Shown: positions 1-8,099 of the stretch, in pieces | Layout of the letters: the number at the start of each line of letters is the position of its first letter | Numbering within the stretch: position 1 is the stretch's first letter | IMG/VR virus record: IMGVR_UViG_3300020358_000003 | Direction: 5' to 3' (one strand) | DNA length: 64,000 nt | Origin: an uncultured virus (IMG/VR IMGVR_UViG_3300020358_000003) | Taxonomy: Duplodnaviria > Heunggongvirae > Uroviricota > Caudoviricetes | Notes under the pieces: model-generated | Database searches by the model: none | What the model saw: the letters and a program-made list of their open reading frames with translations, nothing else | Told to the model about the DNA's origin: nothing | Program-made: the position numbers and the translations under genes

Positions 1-96
1 AAGGATAAAGATATTGTTAATGAGATGAAAATATTACTAGAAAAAAATGAAGAAATGATAAAGGAAAGATTAGATGAATTCTGTAGAAATTTATGA
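1..96 (+). CDS. 3' end of an upstream ORF cut by the window edge
   Basis: Frame 1 is open from base 1 (KDKDIVNEMKILLEKNEEMIKERLDEFCRNL) to TGA at 94-96 and overlaps the start of the next gene. Confidence 0.45.
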   Translation, partial: KDKDIVNEMKILLEKNEEMIKERLDEFCRNL

Positions 97-604
97 CGAT
101 TTTTTAAGCCAAGAAGAACTCAACAAGATAAAACATAAGTTTTCTTTTGATAAATCAGCAATGGATGATCTGCCAAGATTTAATATGCAAAAAAATATGG
201 CAATAAATATTAAAAATCATATGGATGATTTTCCAAATTTAAATAAGGCAAAAACTATTGCGTTATGTAAAGATTCAAATATAAGTAAAATTGCTATATC
301 ACATTTAATTAAGATCGTCAAGTATGAAGAAGATAATAATGAAAATATGATTTGGGAACCACATCATGATGGAACAGAGTCTAAAATTATTACTTTATTT
401 TTTATAGATATAGATAATAGTGGTTGGCAAGGTGGTGAGTTAGATATTTATGATTCTCTTGATATTTTTCAATATCCAAAAAATAAAACTAGAATAGAGC
501 CGAAAGTAGGTAGATTAGTAGTTTTTAATAGTTCTATGGTGCATTGTATTAGACCCTATTTCGGAGATAAACCAAGAATGACTGTAAGTGTGGGTTGGGA
601 GTAA
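74..604 (+). CDS. 2OG-Fe(II) oxygenase (prolyl-4-hydroxylase-like)
   Basis: HxD motif (WEPHHDG), WQGGEL, PKVGRLVVF, distal His (MVHCI) and C-terminal Arg (PRMTVS). Confidence 0.85.
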   Translation: MNSVEIYDDFLSQEELNKIKHKFSFDKSAMDDLPRFNMQKNMAINIKNHMDDFPNLNKAKTIALCKDSNISKIAISHLIKIVKYEEDNNENMIWEPHHDGTESKIITLFFIDIDNSGWQGGELDIYDSLDIFQYPKNKTRIEPKVGRLVVFNSSMVHCIRPYFGDKPRMTVSVGWE

Positions 605-605
605 A

Positions 606-1160
606 ATGAATATTGATAAAAATTCTGGATGCTTTATTGAGAATAATCCTAATATGTTTATTTATCTACAAGACACGTTGCCAAAATTAAGATGGTTGCA
701 TATAAAAAGAAGTGATTCAAAAAAGTCTGATAGATGGCAAAGTGTAGCATGGAATTATTATTTTCACTCTATGAAAAGTAAGATGTTAAAAACTGCTGAT
801 TTACTTTGCGAAACCTATTTACCGTTAGAAACGGAAAAGAACTTAGATTATTATACTATGTGGAATGGTACGGATACAGGTTCGTGTGAATGGCATCATG
901 ATACTGAGGGTGGAAATTTACAATTTAATTTATATTTTACAGACTTACCACCTAATAATGGTGGTGAGATAATGTATAGAAATATGCAACAAAATAAAAG
1001 AATAACTGCATTTCATTCACCTAAAAAATATGATATAGTGATGGGAAGTGTTGGTGATGATTTAAAGTTTCAACATAGAGTTGAGCATACAAAAGAATTG
1101 AAACAAGAAAGAATAACAATGCTTTTTAGGTTTAAAGTGAAGAATTCACCATGGACCTAA
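606..1160 (+). CDS. 2OG-Fe(II) oxygenase
   Basis: HxD (EWHHDT), NGGEI, distal His (FQHRV) and ERITM Arg. ATG at 606, just after the previous stop, is preferred over 588. Confidence 0.75.
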   Translation: MNIDKNSGCFIENNPNMFIYLQDTLPKLRWLHIKRSDSKKSDRWQSVAWNYYFHSMKSKMLKTADLLCETYLPLETEKNLDYYTMWNGTDTGSCEWHHDTEGGNLQFNLYFTDLPPNNGGEIMYRNMQQNKRITAFHSPKKYDIVMGSVGDDLKFQHRVEHTKELKQERITMLFRFKVKNSPWT

Positions 1161-2185
1161 TCATTAAACCAACAGAACTATGCAATTTTAAATGCTCTTT
1201 CTGTTCTTCTTCTAAAATTACTCAAGAGGATAACACTGCCGTACTTGATTTGAATAAGATATTTAAATTTCTTAAAAGATTTCCTGAAACGCAAACTATC
1301 ATCGTAAATGGTGGTGATCCTTTAATGATGAGGCCAAATTACTATTGGAAGTTAATAGAGTTTTTAGATAAGCATGACATGCCAGCGACGATATCTCTTA
1401 CAACTAATTTGTATCCTTTTTTAATGAAACCAAAAAAATGGGTAGAACTCTTTAATCATAATAGAATTGGTGTTGGAACTTCATTTCAATATGGTGGTGG
1501 TAGGCTCAAGGGAGATTACAGTGAATTTACAGAAGAAGATTTTTGGAAATGTTCTGATGCGATGCTTGAGCATGTAGGCTATAGACCATCATTTATTGCA
1601 GTGATTGTGGATGAAAATGAAGATACTGTAATACAGACTGTAGAACTTGCTAAGAAGATGGATGTTGTTTGTAAGGTGAATTATGCTATGGCATCTGGTT
1701 CTCAATCTGCGCCATATAGACTTTCAAAAATATACGAAAGATATATTCAAATTTGGAAAGCAGGTTTAAGTGATTGGGAACATAACACTCAACAAATGTT
1801 AAATAGGTTGAGAAAAAAGCCAACCATATGCCCTCAGTCCAGAAACTGCGATAGTGGTATTCGTAATATCCAACCAGAAGGTGATTACTATTCTTGCGGT
1901 TCTTTCGGTGATGATTTTGACAAACCAATAGATTTTGAATATGAAATGAATGGGGGTTTTGAAACACCTCTCAGTAATGATTTGAGTTTAATGAGTCTTA
2001 AAAACTCGTGTTTTACTTGTCCTATGTTTGAAATTTGTAATGGATGCCGTAAAACAATTAAAGATTTGAAACAATATAACATGGTTGAAGATCACTGTCA
2101 ACACATGAAATCTATGGCTAAAGATATAATCTCTTTAAATAGAATGGACACTAAAGTTACTGAATATGTAAGAGAATATGCATGA
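1151..2185 (+). CDS. Radical SAM enzyme with SPASM-like C-terminal Cys cluster
   Basis: CxxxCxxC (CNFKCSFC), GGDP motif, and C-terminal CPQSRNC...SC...CFTCPMFEICNGC...HC. Confidence 0.9.
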   Translation: MDLIIKPTELCNFKCSFCSSSKITQEDNTAVLDLNKIFKFLKRFPETQTIIVNGGDPLMMRPNYYWKLIEFLDKHDMPATISLTTNLYPFLMKPKKWVELFNHNRIGVGTSFQYGGGRLKGDYSEFTEEDFWKCSDAMLEHVGYRPSFIAVIVDENEDTVIQTVELAKKMDVVCKVNYAMASGSQSAPYRLSKIYERYIQIWKAGLSDWEHNTQQMLNRLRKKPTICPQSRNCDSGIRNIQPEGDYYSCGSFGDDFDKPIDFEYEMNGGFETPLSNDLSLMSLKNSCFTCPMFEICNGCRKTIKDLKQYNMVEDHCQHMKSMAKDIISLNRMDTKVTEYVREYA

Positions 2186-3111
2186 TCCTATCTATCAACC
2201 CATCTTATTTCTGTAATTTTCGTTGCGATTTTTGTTATCTTACTCCAGAACAATTGGGCGATCAGAAAAAAATTTCAATTGAAAGGCTTGATGAATTACT
2301 TTCACAAGTTCCAAATATAGAGCATGTTGATCTATATGGTGGTGAAATTGGTGCTATGAAGAAAACTTATTTTTATGATGTTAAAAATACAATTAAAAAG
2401 TATTATGATGGAAAAATAAATATTAACACAAACTATTCTATGATGCACTCTGGTTTCTTTGATGATGACGTTTATCTGTCAGTTTCTTATGACTTTGAGG
2501 CGAGAGAGAAATCTAATTTAGTGTTTCAAAATATGATGATGAGTACAGTACCTCTCGCAGTTCTTATTCTTGCATCACCACAAGTTTTGAGTATGAATGT
2601 AAGTAAGATGATAAAACTATTGAATATGTGTGGTGCTGTAAAATCAGTGGAGATTAAACCATATTCTATTAATCAAGCAAATGCGTTTACTGTGACGCAT
2701 ACCGACTTTGAAAACTTTGTTATTCGTTGGATGGAACTAGAGGATCAAATGAATTTTCAGTTTGTGAATGGAGATAAGATAGAGGAGTCTTTTAATGGAC
2801 TATACAATGCATTTTCGGATGATCATGTTTACATTACTCCTAACGGCAAGTTTGGAGTACTGGAGTTTGATGTACACGATAGAGAATACTTTCACGAATT
2901 GGATTCTTTCCAATCTTATATAGAATGGACAGAAAAAGAAAAAGAAGAAATGATAAGTCCGATTTGCGCTTCATGCAAATATTTCGGTAACTGTTTAACA
3001 GAACATTACCGATATGTCAAGGATTTAGATAATGGATGTAACGGATATAAAGGACTATTGGATTGGTATGAAAAAATGGAGAACGGCATCCCAAGTTTAC
3101 CACTTACTTAA
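2182..3111 (+). CDS. Second radical SAM enzyme with Cys-rich C-terminus
   Basis: CNFRCDFC, YGGEIG, C-terminal CASCKYFGNC...GC. ATGA overlap with the upstream gene. Confidence 0.88.
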   Translation: MILSINPSYFCNFRCDFCYLTPEQLGDQKKISIERLDELLSQVPNIEHVDLYGGEIGAMKKTYFYDVKNTIKKYYDGKININTNYSMMHSGFFDDDVYLSVSYDFEAREKSNLVFQNMMMSTVPLAVLILASPQVLSMNVSKMIKLLNMCGAVKSVEIKPYSINQANAFTVTHTDFENFVIRWMELEDQMNFQFVNGDKIEESFNGLYNAFSDDHVYITPNGKFGVLEFDVHDREYFHELDSFQSYIEWTEKEKEEMISPICASCKYFGNCLTEHYRYVKDLDNGCNGYKGLLDWYEKMENGIPSLPLT

Positions 3112-3478
3112 TAGTGAGTATACAGATGACTTGAATAAAATGGATGTGACATGGAGTGAAGAAAATATAGTTAGAGATGCTGTTTTGCATTTTAATGAAT
3201 ATGTTGATGAAACTATTAGGCCAGCAAAAGCATATTTTGTTGCTATATGTTATGCACATTGGCTATCTCAAGACTTTAATGAAGATTTCTTTGAATTACT
3301 AAATGATAAATATTTACTAGGGGAGAATGATCCACATTTTATTCAATATCATTTAGACATTGATACTTATGATCAAATATTGAAAAATATAGAATTTCCT
3401 TTAAAAATGATAGGAATGGTTCCAGATGTTAGAAAATATTATGAGGATGAGTTTAAACTAGCACTAGAAACCTTATAA
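3068..3478 (+). CDS. Hypothetical protein closing the radical SAM cassette
   Basis: Overlaps the 3' end of the second rSAM gene. In-frame ATG at 3068 (MKKWRTASQ) is preferred over 3032. No recognisable motif. Confidence 0.6.
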   Translation: MKKWRTASQVYHLLNSEYTDDLNKMDVTWSEENIVRDAVLHFNEYVDETIRPAKAYFVAICYAHWLSQDFNEDFFELLNDKYLLGENDPHFIQYHLDIDTYDQILKNIEFPLKMIGMVPDVRKYYEDEFKLALETL

Positions 3479-3481
3479 ATA
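3474..3481 (+). promoter_or_regulatory. T4-type late promoter TATAAATA
   Basis: Exact consensus 31 nt before the first structural gene; gp55 is in the window. Confidence 0.75.
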
Positions 3482-3512
3482 AACATAAGCAACCTATAGC
3501 AAAGATGAGCAT

Positions 3513-4730
3513 ATGACTAGAAAAATTACAGTAAATTTAACTGATAAAATAGAAACGTGGCGTAATGCGACAAACACTATGTCTGGATATGTAGGTGAAC
3601 CTGATAACCTCACTACAACTAATAAAACCGATTTGGTTCAAGCAATTAATGAGATTAAGGCAAGTTCTGGTTCAACTTACGTTACTACAGCATTAAGTCT
3701 TGTAGCAGGTGGTAACGGTAGTCATACTACATTGTCTTACGATTCTAATAGTGGTCTATTTTCTTTTAGTTGTAGTTCAATAAGTCCATCACATCTTGAT
3801 CCTCTGCCAGCAAGTGTAATTACCAGCGGTACGTTTACCACCACTAGAATTCCAAATCTAGCAACAACTAAAATAACAACTGGAGTTTTTAATAAAGCAA
3901 GAATTCCAGTAATCCACAATCTGGATGGTCTTTTAAAAGATTCTCAAGTTGGGTTTACTACTTCACATGTTCCAGAAGGAAGCCCTAATTTATATTTTAC
4001 AGATTCTAGGGCGCGTGGATCATTTAGTACCGATAGTGATATTACTCTTGATTCTAATGGTAAAATTGGCCTTACGTTATCAGCGGCAACTCTGGCATCA
4101 ATAAATAATTTTAATGCTTTGGGTGGAACTGGTGTTACTATTGGAAGTTTTGATTCTATATCTATTGGTCAAGAAGTTGACTCAACATCTAGTGTAATAT
4201 TTAATACTATCAATTCAGCGGCTATAACATCTACTGCTGGAATTACAGCAACAACTGGAACATTTAGTAGCGCACTATCTGGTGCTTCAATTACTGGTAA
4301 TATGGTCGCAGATAGTTTTGAGGCAGATAGTGGTCTTTTAAGTAATTTAATTATGACTCCTTTCCAAGTAAAAAGACAAATTTCTGGAAAACTAGCAACA
4401 AAGTATGTAAGTTCTTATGTTGGAATGTCAAATGCTGGTCAAAATGTTTTTGCTCATGGTTTAGGTGCAGAACCTGATATTATAACTTATAGGCTTAAAT
4501 GTATTACTCCTGAAAATGGATATGTGGCGAATGATATTATTGATATACATCCAAGTACGGACAATGAAGGTCCAGAACAAGGGTTCGGTACGGTAGTAGA
4601 TGCTACAAATGTAACTCTCAGAATTGCAACTGGGGGGCCAGGTATATATCAAGATAAAAATACTGGTGGGACTAGTATATTAACAGCAACACATTGGCAA
4701 GTCCAAGTAAAAGCATTTATAATAGCATAG
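3513..4730 (+). CDS. Virion fibre or baseplate-associated structural protein
   Basis: LTTTNKTDLVQAINEI coiled motif, EGSPNLYFTDSRAR fibre repeat, S/T/G-rich, follows a late promoter. Confidence 0.65.
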   Translation: MTRKITVNLTDKIETWRNATNTMSGYVGEPDNLTTTNKTDLVQAINEIKASSGSTYVTTALSLVAGGNGSHTTLSYDSNSGLFSFSCSSISPSHLDPLPASVITSGTFTTTRIPNLATTKITTGVFNKARIPVIHNLDGLLKDSQVGFTTSHVPEGSPNLYFTDSRARGSFSTDSDITLDSNGKIGLTLSAATLASINNFNALGGTGVTIGSFDSISIGQEVDSTSSVIFNTINSAAITSTAGITATTGTFSSALSGASITGNMVADSFEADSGLLSNLIMTPFQVKRQISGKLATKYVSSYVGMSNAGQNVFAHGLGAEPDIITYRLKCITPENGYVANDIIDIHPSTDNEGPEQGFGTVVDATNVTLRIATGGPGIYQDKNTGGTSILTATHWQVQVKAFIIA

Positions 4731-4741
4731 AAAGATAAACG

Positions 4742-5965
4742 ATGGTCAAAATAGTAGATTTACCAATTGCCACAAGTAGTGATTTAGATAGTAATCTAAA
4801 TTTTTTGGTAGTAACAGGAACCAATTTATCTGGTGGTTTTGCCACAGCAAAAGTTACTTTAGCAAACTTAGAACAACATTACAATAATACTGGGGCTTTG
4901 ACAAGTAGTGGAGTTCAAGCACTTGTAGATTCCAATTATATTTACACCAAAATAAATAGTTCCACTTTAAATAATTTAACAAAACCCACTTCGGTTGCAT
5001 TTTCAAATATCACTTCCAAACCCACTACATTAGCAGGTTATGGAATCAATGATGGTTTAAAATTTAGTGATCTTAAAGATGAGGACGGTATGGCATCAAA
5101 TAGTGCATTACACGTTCCAACCCAACAATCGGTAAAAGCATATGTAGACGCGAGGATTCTGACAAAAGATAATACTGATGAAATTACTGAAGGTTCAACA
5201 AACCTATATTATACAAACGCAAGAGTAACTACTCATGTTGATAGTGATTATATAGCGGCAAGAACAACTGATATTACGAGTGCTGACCTTAATATGGGAA
5301 GCAATAATATTATTACAACTGGTAAATCTTTGTATGCAAATATGTATTCTACAGAAGGAAATCTTCCTTCAGCAGCAACTTATCACGGTATGTTTGCTCA
5401 TGTGCATGGAACTGGGAAAGGATATTTTTCTCATGGTGGGGCTTGGCATAAATTAGTTGATGAAACGAACCTATCAACTCAAGTTGATTCTGCATATATA
5501 TTAGCGCGATCTTCCGCTGGAGTCGATTCTGCTTTGATACTTAATACTATAACTGATCCAAAATATCTTAGGTCAGATGTATTAGATAACGGACATTCAT
5601 TATCCCTATCATCAACATTACATGCTGATGGTGCGATTACATCAAATGCTGATATTACTGCATTTAATTCTGCTTCTGATAGAACATTAAAAGAAAATAT
5701 TGAACGCATTGATAATGCTCTTGATAAAGTCGGTACACTTGCTGGATATACATTTAACTATAAAGGCCGAGAAGAAAAAATGTCTGGTCTTATGGCAGAT
5801 GAGGTTGAAGCAGTACTTCCAGAAGTTGTTTATGAATTTGATGGCGAACATAAAGCAATTCGTTATGGTAACATGATGGGTCTTATTGTAGAGGCAATAA
5901 ATGAGTTAAGAACGGATGTTGAATATCTTAGGGAAAAGATAGAGTCTAATGCCAACACCATTTAA
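4742..5965 (+). CDS. Tail fibre with C-terminal intramolecular chaperone (peptidase S74-like)
   Basis: SDRTLKENI cleavage-site motif, then GYTFNY...GLMADEVEAVLPEVV...IRYGNMMGLIVEAINEL coiled coil. Also VPTQQSVKAYVD and EGSTNLYYTNAR fibre motifs. Confidence 0.85.
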   Translation: MVKIVDLPIATSSDLDSNLNFLVVTGTNLSGGFATAKVTLANLEQHYNNTGALTSSGVQALVDSNYIYTKINSSTLNNLTKPTSVAFSNITSKPTTLAGYGINDGLKFSDLKDEDGMASNSALHVPTQQSVKAYVDARILTKDNTDEITEGSTNLYYTNARVTTHVDSDYIAARTTDITSADLNMGSNNIITTGKSLYANMYSTEGNLPSAATYHGMFAHVHGTGKGYFSHGGAWHKLVDETNLSTQVDSAYILARSSAGVDSALILNTITDPKYLRSDVLDNGHSLSLSSTLHADGAITSNADITAFNSASDRTLKENIERIDNALDKVGTLAGYTFNYKGREEKMSGLMADEVEAVLPEVVYEFDGEHKAIRYGNMMGLIVEAINELRTDVEYLREKIESNANTI

Positions 5966-7235
5966 ACCTACAAATATACATAGTAATTATCCTCACTTAG
6001 AGGGAGACAGTTCTTTTAGCTTTTCTGATATTAAGAATCAATTTAGTGATACTGGATCAGTATCTTTATCAGAATTTTATAAGAGCGGTAGTTTAGTTTC
6101 AGAGTCTGATGGTAATTTAATTATAAATTCTGGAATATCTAGTAGTACTAGTGTTCCATCTTCTGGCAAAATATCTTTAACTGATCTTATGATAAAACCC
6201 TATTTTGATGTTGTATATGCTGTTGCATCATCAACTCAAACTGTAACATCAGATTATACATATACTCTTCCACAAAATTGTGGATTTACTCACATGAAAA
6301 TTTTTATACAAGGGGCTGGGGCTTCTGGTCATATTGGGCCTTGGGCTTGGTCTGGTCGGGGTGGGATTACAGCATCATCCATCACTGCACCCGCTGGTGG
6401 TAATGGTGGGGATTATGCACAGTCACATTCAGTTCCTGTAACCAGCGGTGATGTGATTACAATTAAAGTTGGTAATGGTGGTAAAGCACTAGGTGGTTCA
6501 GCACATGATAGTAAGTGGGGATTTCAAGGAGTCTCTGGAAATGCTGCGGATGGTGGAACTTCTTACGTTTATAAAAATGGAAATAATATACTTACAGTGG
6601 CTGGGGCTTCAAAATCCACTAATCATATAAGAACATCTACATATGATAGTGGAACTAAAAGTGTAGAAACTCATGGTTATACTTTATCTGGATATGCATC
6701 TGGTCCTGGAACTGGAAATAAAGTTACTATATACGACAACTCAAAATTAGAATTACATTATGCTGGCGGTTGGGGAGGAACTTCCTATTTATCGGCATGT
6801 TTAGTTAGTAATGCATCAACATTAACTGCTAGTCCTACTTTTAACTATAATTCGTCTAGGTATGGTGGCGGCGGCGCACCCGGATATCAAACAGCAGATT
6901 CTCCTAGTACTGAAGGTATTTCTCACGATATACGAGGGGTTGGTTTTGGATGGCGTGTAGCGCAAACAGATTGGATATCAGAAGTCACTGCAACACATGG
7001 TGGTGTAATTGGATCAAAAGGAAAGGGCTTTAATAATCTCTTTACTAGACAATCAACTGGTAGTGGCTACGGGTTTGGTGGAACTGGATCAAAAGGAAGT
7101 AACAGCCAAACTGAAGCAACTAGTAGTAATCAAGGTGGCCCGGGATTTGTAAGAATTATGTTTTTTGATGCTAATGCAACTAGATATACTTCTGGAATTA
7201 CATACAATAGAACAAAAGCAAGATTTGCTGGATAG
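5949..7235 (+). CDS. Glycine-rich fibre-tip adhesin candidate (gp38-like organisation)
   Basis: Follows a chaperone-bearing fibre. N-terminal SFSDIKNQF...SLSEFYKSG...VPSSGKISLTD, then GAGASG/GGNGG glycine-rich loops. Confidence 0.6.
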   Translation: MPTPFKPTNIHSNYPHLEGDSSFSFSDIKNQFSDTGSVSLSEFYKSGSLVSESDGNLIINSGISSSTSVPSSGKISLTDLMIKPYFDVVYAVASSTQTVTSDYTYTLPQNCGFTHMKIFIQGAGASGHIGPWAWSGRGGITASSITAPAGGNGGDYAQSHSVPVTSGDVITIKVGNGGKALGGSAHDSKWGFQGVSGNAADGGTSYVYKNGNNILTVAGASKSTNHIRTSTYDSGTKSVETHGYTLSGYASGPGTGNKVTIYDNSKLELHYAGGWGGTSYLSACLVSNASTLTASPTFNYNSSRYGGGGAPGYQTADSPSTEGISHDIRGVGFGWRVAQTDWISEVTATHGGVIGSKGKGFNNLFTRQSTGSGYGFGGTGSKGSNSQTEATSSNQGGPGFVRIMFFDANATRYTSGITYNRTKARFAG

Positions 7236-7253
7236 AAATACTGGAGAGAAAAA

Positions 7254-7640
7254 ATGGCACAATCTGAAGATATTATGGTTGATCAAGGAAGTGATATAAC
7301 ACTTAGACTTGAATGTTTTGAAACTGATGGTAGTAAAAAAATATTTAAAAAACTTGATCCGAGTAGTGGTGGAACAATCGCACCATATGTCGCAACTGGA
7401 AAAATAAAAAAATCATACTCAACAAGCGATTCTTCTGCTATATCATTCGGAACTTCATTTCTTGATCTTGATAATCCAAATATATTACAACTATCACTTT
7501 CAAATACTATAACAGAAACAATGAAATCAGGAAGATACGTTTATGATGTTGAATTAAGTTATCAAGATTCTGCAACTAACACAACAATAGTTGAAAGAAT
7601 ACTTCAAGGGACACTTACAGTATCACCAAGCGTTAATTAG
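7254..7640 (+). CDS. Small virion structural protein
   Basis: DIMVDQGSD...GRYVYDVEL...RILQGTLTVSPSV pattern typical of T4-like marine phage structural genes. GGAGAG SD. Confidence 0.65.
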   Translation: MAQSEDIMVDQGSDITLRLECFETDGSKKIFKKLDPSSGGTIAPYVATGKIKKSYSTSDSSAISFGTSFLDLDNPNILQLSLSNTITETMKSGRYVYDVELSYQDSATNTTIVERILQGTLTVSPSVN

Positions 7641-7643
7641 ATT

Positions 7644-7814
7644 ATGATTACTAAGAATATAAAAGTCATATCTTCAAATACTATTCAAAAAAAAGTTTTC
7701 ATAGACAAGGTAGTTTCAAAGTATAGTAAAATTGAATTTACAGTTCAGTCTTATGGTTCTGTAGATTTACCATCAACTATTAGCAAAAAAGAATTAATTA
7801 GGAGATCATCATGA
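7644..7814 (+). CDS. 56-aa ORF missing from the ORF track, with an N-terminus resembling the next gene
   Basis: MITKNIKVISSNTIQKKVFIDKVV...RRSS*. It fills the gap exactly and has an ATGA overlap with 7811. IKVISSNTIQKKV resembles VKVVSTNTIVKKI. Confidence 0.6.
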   Translation: MITKNIKVISSNTIQKKVFIDKVVSKYSKIEFTVQSYGSVDLPSTISKKELIRRSS

Positions 7815-8047
7815 GTGATACTGTAAAAGTTGTTTCTACGAATACGATTGTTAAAAAGATTACTTTGGGTACTCCTGTGCCACAAATCGCTCAAATTGAA
7901 GTAGTTTCAGATATAGGTCAACTTAGAAATGTTGCAGGAAACGGGGCAGTGAATGGAGATGTATTAGTTTTTAACGCTACCAACGCACAATTTCAACCAC
8001 AACTATTATTTGATAAACAAACTATTGATGCTGGAGAGGGTTTTTGA
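7811..8047 (+). CDS. Small structural protein
   Basis: AGGAG SD. IGQLRNV...GDVLVFN...FQP fibre motif and C-terminal IDAGEGF. Confidence 0.65.
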   Translation: MSDTVKVVSTNTIVKKITLGTPVPQIAQIEVVSDIGQLRNVAGNGAVNGDVLVFNATNAQFQPQLLFDKQTIDAGEGF

Positions 8048-8059
8048 TCCATATAATTA

Positions 8060-8067
8060 TATAAATA
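8060..8067 (+). promoter_or_regulatory. T4-type late promoter TATAAATA
   Basis: Exact consensus in the intergenic gap upstream of the giant gene. Confidence 0.8.
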
Positions 8068-8099
8068 CAAAAAGAAGTGTAAATTAAGGTTCAGATTTT

